Positions 57,113 to 64,000 of a stretch of DNA of 64,000 nt are shown here, one piece after another (the stretch's first letter is position 1; each line of letters starts with the position of its first letter). The stretch is from an uncultured Desulfarculus sp. Lineage in GTDB: Bacteria > Desulfobacterota > Desulfarculia > Desulfarculales > Desulfarculaceae. A program made the translations under genes and the position numbers. A model generated the notes under the pieces. That model was not told the origin of the DNA. It did no database searches and was given only the letters and a program-made list of their open reading frames with translations. The stretch covers positions 1,240,131 through 1,304,130 of the forward strand of contig CAXXUK010000002.1 in assembly GCA_963665125.2 (NCBI GenBank). The letters run 5' to 3'.

Positions 57113-59794
57113 GTGGGAAAAGGCTCTTCACCTACGGCCAACCAGCGAAAACCGCACAAGGAATCGACGACACCCAAGAAGTCTGCTCACACTGCGGCAA
57201 AAGACTTTCCCATAGTTGGGGTGGGGGCCTCGGCTGGAGGGCTGGAGGCCCTGGGGCAGTTTCTGGGCGGGGTGCCCGATGACTGCGGCATGGCCTTTGT
57301 TATCGTGCAGCACTTGGACCCCAACCGCCAGGGGATCATGGCCGAGCTCTTGCAGCGCGGCACCAAGATGAAGGTAAGTCAGGTCAAGGATCGCACCAAG
57401 GTGCAGCCTAATAGCGTCTACGTGATTCCGCCCAATAAGGACATGTCCATCCTGCGCGGAAGCCTGCACCTTTTTCCGCCCGTCTCGCCCCGTGGGCTGC
57501 GCCTGCCCATTGATTTCTTTTTCCGTTCCTTGGCGGCGGACAGGAGGGAAAAGAGCGTGGGGTGTATCCTGTCCGGCATGGGCTCCGATGGGGTCCTGGG
57601 CCTGCAAGCCATAAAGGATGCCGCCGGGGTGGTGCTGGTGCAGGACCCGGCCACGGCCAAGTACGAGGGTATGCCGAAAAGCGCCATCGAGGCGGGACTG
57701 GCCGACTTCGTGGCGCCGGCAGAGGATTTGGCCGGCAAGCTCATCGAGTACATCCGTCACGCTCCGCTGTTGGCCAAGAAAGCGCCGACTGTCCAGAGCA
57801 GGGCCCAGGGTGGCCTTGAGAAGGCGGTCATTCTGCTGCGGGCCCACACCGGCCACGATTTCTCCCAGTACAAGAAGTCCACCCTCTACCGCCGCATTGA
57901 GCGGCGCATGGGCATACACCAGATCGCCAAGATCAACCACTATGTCCGTTTCCTTCAGGAGAACCCCCAGGAGTTGGACCTGCTGTTCAAAGAACTTCTG
58001 ATCGGGGTGACCAGTTTTTTTCGCGACCCGGCGGCATGGGAAATTCTCAAGGACAAGGCCCTGCCGGGACTATTGTCAGACCGCCCGGCTGGTTCACAAT
58101 TGAGGGCCTGGACACCGGGCTGCTCCACCGGCGAGGAGGCCTATTCTCTGGCCATGGCCTTCAGGGAGGCGGTGGATGGAGTCAAAGGCAAGAAAGATTT
58201 CACACTCCAAATATTCGCCACCGACCTGGACCCCGATGCCATAGACAAGGCCCGCCAGGGCTTCTTTCCCGCCAATATCGCGGCCGATGTTTCGGACGAA
58301 CGCTTGAACCGTTTTTTCACCAAGGAGGAGACTGGCTACCGGGTGGCCAAGGCAATCCGGGAAATGATTACCTTTGCCCCGCAAAACGTGATCATGGACC
58401 CGCCCTTCACCAAACTGGATGTCCTGGTCTGCCGCAATCTGTTGATCTACCTGGGCGCTGAGGTGCAGAAGAAGCTCCTGCCCCTGTTTAACTACAGCCT
58501 TAACCCTGGCGGGGTGCTTTTCCTGGGCAGTTCTGAGAGCATCGGAGGGTTTTCCGACTTATTCGAACCTGTAGAAGCCAAGATGAGGCTTTACCGCTGT
58601 AAAGAGTCGGCCGCGCTCGCCCCTCTTCTGGATTTCCCTTCCTCTTTTTCCGCACCCCCTGCCGGCGTCCAAGCTGAGGTCATGGAGTCCAAGCCCGCAC
58701 CTAACCTGCAATCCCTGGCCGAGCAGCAGATACTGCGGGACTTCGCGCCTCCGGCAGTTTTGGCGGACAAGGAAGGCAATATCCTCTTTATCAACGGGCG
58801 AACAGGCAAATACCTAGAGCCGGCGGCCGGCAAGGCCAACTGGAACCTTTTCGCCATGGCCCGCGAGGGCCTGCGTTCAGGTCTGAGTCAGGCCTTCCAC
58901 CAGGCTGCCCGCCGGAAGGAATCCATAACCATTAATGATCTGAGAGTGCAGACCGAGGGAGACGAGCAACGCTTGGACCTCACCGTCAGGGCCTTGGAAC
59001 AGCCTCAGGCCTTGCGCGGCATGCTCCTGGTGGTCTTCAACGACAGCCCAACTCCGCCCATGACTAAATCCGCCGTTCGCAGGCCCCGGACGTCTGCCGG
59101 CAAAGCCCGCGTGGATGAACTGGAGCGGGAGTTGGCGCAATCCCACGAAGAGGTCCAGATCATCCGCGAGGAGATGCAAATATCCCAGGAGGAACTCAGG
59201 TCCACCAACGAGGAGCTGCAATCCACCAACGAGGAGCTGCAATCCACCAATGAAGAGCTGACCACTTCCAAGGAGGAGATGCAGTCCTTGAATGAGGAAC
59301 TGCAGACAGTCAACGCCGAGCTGCAATCAAAGGTGGACGAGTTTTCCAGAGCCAACAATGACATGAAGAACCTGCTCAACAGCACAGACCTGGCCTGCGT
59401 CTTTCTGGATCATGATCTTAACGTGCGTCGATTCACCACTCAGGCCACAAAGCTGTTCAATCTCCTTCCCGGCGACGTGGGCCGTTCGCTGGGCGACATC
59501 ACCTCTGGCCTGGCTTACCCCGATCTGGCCTCTGACGTGAAGGAAGTTAACCGGACTTTAGTCTTAAGGGAAAAGCAGGTGAATACAGGCGATGGCAGGT
59601 GGTTTCAAGCCAAAATCATGCCCTACCGCACCCTGGACAACGTGATCGACGGAGTGGTCATGACCTTCTCGGACATTACAGCGGCCAAGGAGTTGGAGGC
59701 AAGGCTGCGCATGGCTTATGAAGAGCTGGAGACACGAACGGCTGGGGAAAGCACTAAGAAACCAGTTCCCAAAAGCGGGAAACTGGATTCTTGA
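57113..59794 (+). CDS. CheB-CheR fusion with coiled coil and PAS
   Basis: GASAGG, VQHL, GMGSDG; GCSTGEEAYS, CRNLLIY; ELQSTNE heptads; GTG start after ggag. Confidence 0.93.
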   Translation: MGKGSSPTANQRKPHKESTTPKKSAHTAAKDFPIVGVGASAGGLEALGQFLGGVPDDCGMAFVIVQHLDPNRQGIMAELLQRGTKMKVSQVKDRTKVQPNSVYVIPPNKDMSILRGSLHLFPPVSPRGLRLPIDFFFRSLAADRREKSVGCILSGMGSDGVLGLQAIKDAAGVVLVQDPATAKYEGMPKSAIEAGLADFVAPAEDLAGKLIEYIRHAPLLAKKAPTVQSRAQGGLEKAVILLRAHTGHDFSQYKKSTLYRRIERRMGIHQIAKINHYVRFLQENPQELDLLFKELLIGVTSFFRDPAAWEILKDKALPGLLSDRPAGSQLRAWTPGCSTGEEAYSLAMAFREAVDGVKGKKDFTLQIFATDLDPDAIDKARQGFFPANIAADVSDERLNRFFTKEETGYRVAKAIREMITFAPQNVIMDPPFTKLDVLVCRNLLIYLGAEVQKKLLPLFNYSLNPGGVLFLGSSESIGGFSDLFEPVEAKMRLYRCKESAALAPLLDFPSSFSAPPAGVQAEVMESKPAPNLQSLAEQQILRDFAPPAVLADKEGNILFINGRTGKYLEPAAGKANWNLFAMAREGLRSGLSQAFHQAARRKESITINDLRVQTEGDEQRLDLTVRALEQPQALRGMLLVVFNDSPTPPMTKSAVRRPRTSAGKARVDELERELAQSHEEVQIIREEMQISQEELRSTNEELQSTNEELQSTNEELTTSKEEMQSLNEELQTVNAELQSKVDEFSRANNDMKNLLNSTDLACVFLDHDLNVRRFTTQATKLFNLLPGDVGRSLGDITSGLAYPDLASDVKEVNRTLVLREKQVNTGDGRWFQAKIMPYRTLDNVIDGVVMTFSDITAAKELEARLRMAYEELETRTAGESTKKPVPKSGKLDS

Positions 59795-59830
59795 ACGGAC
59801 GCCCAAAGGCGTCCACCGGGGAGGCAGACA

Positions 59831-61582
59831 ATGAAATCGGACAAAGGGCCACGGCCGGACCAGCCGAACTTGCGCCGCCGGGCGGAAGCGCGGTTGGAGG
59901 AAAAGAAGGCCCAGTGCTCCCCCGCCTCTGTGGATGACAACGCACAGCGGCTGGTCCATGAGCTGCAGGTGCATCAGATCGAGCTGGAGTTGCAAAACGA
60001 AGAACTGCGCCAGGCCCGGCTGGATTTGGAAGCCAGCCTGGAGCGTTACACCGACCTGTACGAGTTCGCGCCCGCGGGGTACTTTTCCTTGGACGACCAG
60101 GGCACGATCCTGGAGGTCAACCTGACTGGCGCGGCCCTTTTGGGGACAGTCCGTTCGCGCGTCCGTGGCCGGACTTTCGCAAGTTGTCTTGCCCATGAAA
60201 GCCTGGGGGAGGTCAACCAGTTCATGGAACATGTGCGGGCCAACCAAACCAGGCAGAGTTGCCAGGTGACCATGGCCAACCAGGGGGCGCCGGCGCGCCA
60301 CCTGCACATCGAGGGCGCTCCCGCCGAATGGTCCGAGTCGGATGCAAGCAAGGCCGATGAAGGCCATGTCCGACTGGCGGTGCTTGACATCACTAAACAA
60401 AAAGAGGCCGAATCAAAGCAGAAAATGTTGGAGGTCCAGCTTCGTCAGGCCCATAAATTGGAGGCCATCGGCATCCTGGCCGGGGGCATCGCTCACGAAT
60501 TCAACAATATTTTGGCGGCCATAATGGGCTACGCGGAGATGGCGCTTGAAGCAGCCCAGATCGGCAAGTCCGATCCTCAAGACATGGAGCGTGTAATCAG
60601 CTCAGCCGTACGGGCCAGGGATCTGGTGCGCCGCATAATGACCTTCAGCCGCACATCAACCTCGGCTTCCAAGCCAATATGCATAAATCAAGCGGTGGAC
60701 CAAATAGCCAAAATGCTACTGCGGATCATGCCCAAACATATCACCATCCAAAGCAATCTGGCTCCTGACCTGGCGTCCATCAATGGCGACGCCGGTCAGA
60801 TGGAGCAGATTTTGATGAACTTGGCCACCAACGCCAAAGACACCATGCCCGAGGGCGGCCGGCTTTCCATTGAAACCAGCAACGTATTTCTTGATGAGGG
60901 CTTTTGCCGCCAACACCTGGAGATACTGCCCGGCCAGTACGTGCTTTTGAAGGTGTCTGACACCGGTCTGGGCATGGACGAATCCAGCTTGGAGCACATC
61001 TACGATCCCTTCTTCACCACCAAAGAGGTTGGCAAGGGCACGGGTTTGGGGTTGTCCATTGTCCACGGCATCGTCAAGTCTCACGGAGGCCACATATTCT
61101 GCCAAAGCAAACCGGGCGAGGGAACCAGCTTCGACATCTACTTTCCGGCGGCACCGAATCTCGCTCCAGCCTCGGCTCTCCAGGTCGAGCCAATCCAAGA
61201 GGCTACTTTGGACAGCCAGTTCATCCTACTGGTGGATGATGAAGAGGCCCTGCGGGATCTCGGAATCCGTATTTTGGAAGGGGCGGGCCATAAAGTATTC
61301 ACAGCACAGAGCGGGGAAGATGCCCTGGAACTATACCTAACGAGAGGTCATCAGCTGGATCTGGTCATCATGGACTTGGGCATGCCTGGCATGGGCGGAG
61401 TAAAGGCCCTTAAAGCCATCATGGGTATCAACCCCCGGGCCAAGGTTCTGGTCGCCAGCGGATATGCCGCTGAAGATCAAGTCAGAGGTGCTTTGGCCGA
61501 GGGCGCCGCTGGCTACGTAGCCAAACCTTTCAGCAAGGCCGAGTTGCTGGCCAATATCAAGCTGGTATTGATGAAAGACTAG
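59831..61582 (+). CDS. PAS hybrid histidine kinase/receiver
   Basis: ELQVHQIELELQNEEL, PAS, GGIAHEFNN, REC. Confidence 0.93.
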   Translation: MKSDKGPRPDQPNLRRRAEARLEEKKAQCSPASVDDNAQRLVHELQVHQIELELQNEELRQARLDLEASLERYTDLYEFAPAGYFSLDDQGTILEVNLTGAALLGTVRSRVRGRTFASCLAHESLGEVNQFMEHVRANQTRQSCQVTMANQGAPARHLHIEGAPAEWSESDASKADEGHVRLAVLDITKQKEAESKQKMLEVQLRQAHKLEAIGILAGGIAHEFNNILAAIMGYAEMALEAAQIGKSDPQDMERVISSAVRARDLVRRIMTFSRTSTSASKPICINQAVDQIAKMLLRIMPKHITIQSNLAPDLASINGDAGQMEQILMNLATNAKDTMPEGGRLSIETSNVFLDEGFCRQHLEILPGQYVLLKVSDTGLGMDESSLEHIYDPFFTTKEVGKGTGLGLSIVHGIVKSHGGHIFCQSKPGEGTSFDIYFPAAPNLAPASALQVEPIQEATLDSQFILLVDDEEALRDLGIRILEGAGHKVFTAQSGEDALELYLTRGHQLDLVIMDLGMPGMGGVKALKAIMGINPRAKVLVASGYAAEDQVRGALAEGAAGYVAKPFSKAELLANIKLVLMKD

Positions 61583-61861
61583 CAAATCCTCCTATACTTC
61601 TAATTTCAATATTCTTAGCTCTCCGGCGCGTTTCGCCGGAGGGCATACAAGCGGCAATAAAGCGGCTGGGAATGCCCAAAGACAATGAATGACATGTGTA
61701 TTACCTCTATTTATTAAGAGACCGCAAGGGCAATATACGCTTGTCGGCTATCGGCCCACCTTGGCATACGGGGGCAAAATGGCAGGAGGAAAGGCAAGGG
61801 CAAGATTCATGAGCGTTCGGACTCGCTGCCTCCGGGATCTGGTCCCCGCCAGTGTGCGGCA

Positions 61862-63845
61862 CTTAGCACTACTTGCACTCTAAGATGGCCGCCCGACCTG
61901 TAGCTTGCCTCACCTCCCCTACATTCGAAACTCCCGAGCCCAGCGCAATATCCGGTTTGCACCGATGACCATGGCGGCGGCCTTCAGGCATAATGATAAT
62001 ATCGGCAGGCGGCAAAAGAGAGAAATGGTGCAGAGTCAATGATGAAAAAGCCCACTCGGGAACAAACCGAACCACAACGATTGCGTCGGACGGCCGGGGA
62101 GCGCTTGCAGGAAAGCCCTCCGGACAACTCCGAACTGCGGCCGGAAAACTTTCCCGCCATCCTTCAGGAGCTACGAATCCATCAGGTAGAGCTGGAGATC
62201 CAGAACGAAGAACTGCGACGCGCCCGGGAGGAACTTGAGGAGTCGCGGGACCAGTATTTCGATCTTTATGACCAGGCTCCAGTGGGCTACCTCAGCACCG
62301 ACCCCAAGGGAAGAATCCTCCAAGCCAACCTGACCATAGCCTACATGCTGGGCCTGCCGCGCGGAAACCTGGTGGGGCAAAGCCTCTATGTCTTTTTGGA
62401 TAGCGATGGCCAGCAAACCCTGCTGAAACATCTCAGGGCAGATGCCGGGGAAGGCGTCAGGCAGACCCTCACCATCGAAATGATCCGGAAAGACGGCTCC
62501 CGATTCCACGCCCAGGTAGAAAGCGCGCCACAACCGGTTAATGACAATCTTCCCTTGCAATTCCGAATGGCCATTGTCGATGTGACCGAGCGCAAGCGAA
62601 CTGAATACCAACTAAGCCAGAGCGAAGAGCGTTACCGCCGCCTAGTAGAGACCATGCCGGATGGGGTCTTCACCCTTTCGCCCGATGGGGCTATTGGTTC
62701 TCTAAACCAGGCCTTTGAAAAAATCACCGGTTTTAACAGGGATGATTGGCTGGGGCGCAGTTTTTGGGACTTGCTTCACCCCGAGGATCTGGGCATGGCC
62801 AAGAAGCTGATAAAGACAGCCCTGGCTGGGAAAGGAAAAATAGCCGAGGAAACAAGAATTTTATCGAGCGCCGGCGACTACTTGATTGTTTATTTCATTG
62901 TAGAGCCGGACTTTGAGTTTGGCAAAGTTACTGGCGTCTGGGTAATGGGACGTGACATCACCAAACGCAAGAAGGCCGAGTGGGCCTTGCGCAAGTCGCG
63001 CGACACCATGGAAACCGAGGTGCGCAAGAGAACCTTGGAGCTGTCCCAGGCCAACCGGGACTTAGAGGAAGGACTGGAAAAGCGCAAAAAGGACGCTGCG
63101 GAGTTGCGTGAGCAGAAGACCGAACTGGAATTCAAGACCGTGGAATTGGAAGAGGCCAACACCGCCTTGCGGGTTCTGATGCGCCGAGGCGAAGAAGACA
63201 AGGGAGAATTGGAAAACGCCATTACCCAGCAAACCCACCGTCTCCTTGTGCCTCGCCTGCAGGGGCTGTTGGAATCGGGGCTTGACCAGAACCAGCAAAA
63301 AGTGGTGAAGCTGTTGATCTCCCAACTGAGACAGATCACCTCATCTTTTGCCCAGAGGCTGAACTCACCCAAATTCGGGCTCACGCCTAGAGAGACCCAG
63401 GTAGCTATGATGATTCGCGAGGGTTTGGCAACCAAGGAAATCGCCGAGGTATTGAAAGTCTCAGGAGACACGGTTGCAACCTATCGGCACAATATACGCC
63501 GCAAGATTGGTATATTAGGAAAAAAGATCAGCTTGAGCGCCGTCCTGTCCGATATTCAATAATGGTGACTTGAACTAGTCATTATTTCAATGATGTCTCA
63601 TCTGTGTGTTTTCGGGATTTTAGGGGATAATTTAATAAAGATACAGCGGGCACCGCTTGCTCCCACTTGCCTCCCAATGGCCAAGTTTCGGCCAACCTCG
63701 CCAAGGCAAGCCCACCGGCCATTGAGAAGTGATCTTTCACTGGGCAACCAGTTCGACGGTTCGAGAGTCTTGTTTGGTCCCCTTCACACCTACAAGGAAT
63801 TGAGGACCCATGGCCAGGATTCTCTTGATTGCCAACTACGGTTGG
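61862..63845 (+). repeat. ~2-kb direct repeat, copy 2
   Basis: Matches 41218-43201; similarity continues at lower identity to the window end. Confidence 0.92.
62039..63562 (+). CDS. PAS-PAS-coiled-coil-LuxR regulator (copy 2)
   Basis: 507-aa translation identical to 41395-42918. Confidence 0.92.
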   Translation: MMKKPTREQTEPQRLRRTAGERLQESPPDNSELRPENFPAILQELRIHQVELEIQNEELRRAREELEESRDQYFDLYDQAPVGYLSTDPKGRILQANLTIAYMLGLPRGNLVGQSLYVFLDSDGQQTLLKHLRADAGEGVRQTLTIEMIRKDGSRFHAQVESAPQPVNDNLPLQFRMAIVDVTERKRTEYQLSQSEERYRRLVETMPDGVFTLSPDGAIGSLNQAFEKITGFNRDDWLGRSFWDLLHPEDLGMAKKLIKTALAGKGKIAEETRILSSAGDYLIVYFIVEPDFEFGKVTGVWVMGRDITKRKKAEWALRKSRDTMETEVRKRTLELSQANRDLEEGLEKRKKDAAELREQKTELEFKTVELEEANTALRVLMRRGEEDKGELENAITQQTHRLLVPRLQGLLESGLDQNQQKVVKLLISQLRQITSSFAQRLNSPKFGLTPRETQVAMMIREGLATKEIAEVLKVSGDTVATYRHNIRRKIGILGKKISLSAVLSDIQ

Positions 63846-64000
63846 TTTCGCGATTATCACGCCTACCAGCTGACCGACAGGGGGCACGCAGTGCGGTGCG
63901 AAAACCTGTCGCCTCGGCTTAGCGAAGCAATCACATCTTTTCAGCCCGAGGTGATTGCGGCTGATCTGTCTGGTGACCGAGCCCCGGCTGATTTGTTTTG

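Noticed and set aside
59189..59260. 21-bp tandem repeats as CRISPR/VNTR
   Set aside because: In-frame ELQSTNE coiled-coil heptads typical of CheB-CheR fusions; no spacers

Overview
The window looks like an anaerobic deltaproteobacterial (Desulfobacterota-like) chromosome segment; this is inferred from gene content only. 1-15.4 kb appears to be backbone. It holds a hybrid kinase, a GntR/FadR-controlled operon for an unassigned glycyl-radical enzyme (GRE, activase, tandem FMN split-barrel), an adjacent membrane protein, Tat sulfatase and Tat FAD-oxidoreductase lipoprotein, then a porin-like protein, YceI, an L,D-transpeptidase and a DUF3786/MarR pair. A 44-bp tRNA-Glu 3' fragment at 15429-15472 marks an att site, and what lies to its right looks like island DNA. 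That DNA starts with a redox-stress module (frameshifted flavodiiron, CBS, HPP, hemerythrin) and integrase and IS110 remnants. Next is a ~15-kb plasmid-like mobilizable element (26.1-41.2 kb: primase, Par-like protein, two TA systems, orphan MTase, MobC/relaxase). It carries a pilin, a VirB6-like gene and a membrane gene of Patescibacteria (CPR) type, and mostly uses Shine-Dalgarno-less starts. Last is a stress/signalling cargo (CsbD, DUF1328, cyclic beta-1,2-glucan synthase, CheB-CheR fusion, kinase) bracketed by two apparently identical ~2-kb copies of a PAS-LuxR locus. Family calls come from motif recognition, not database searches.
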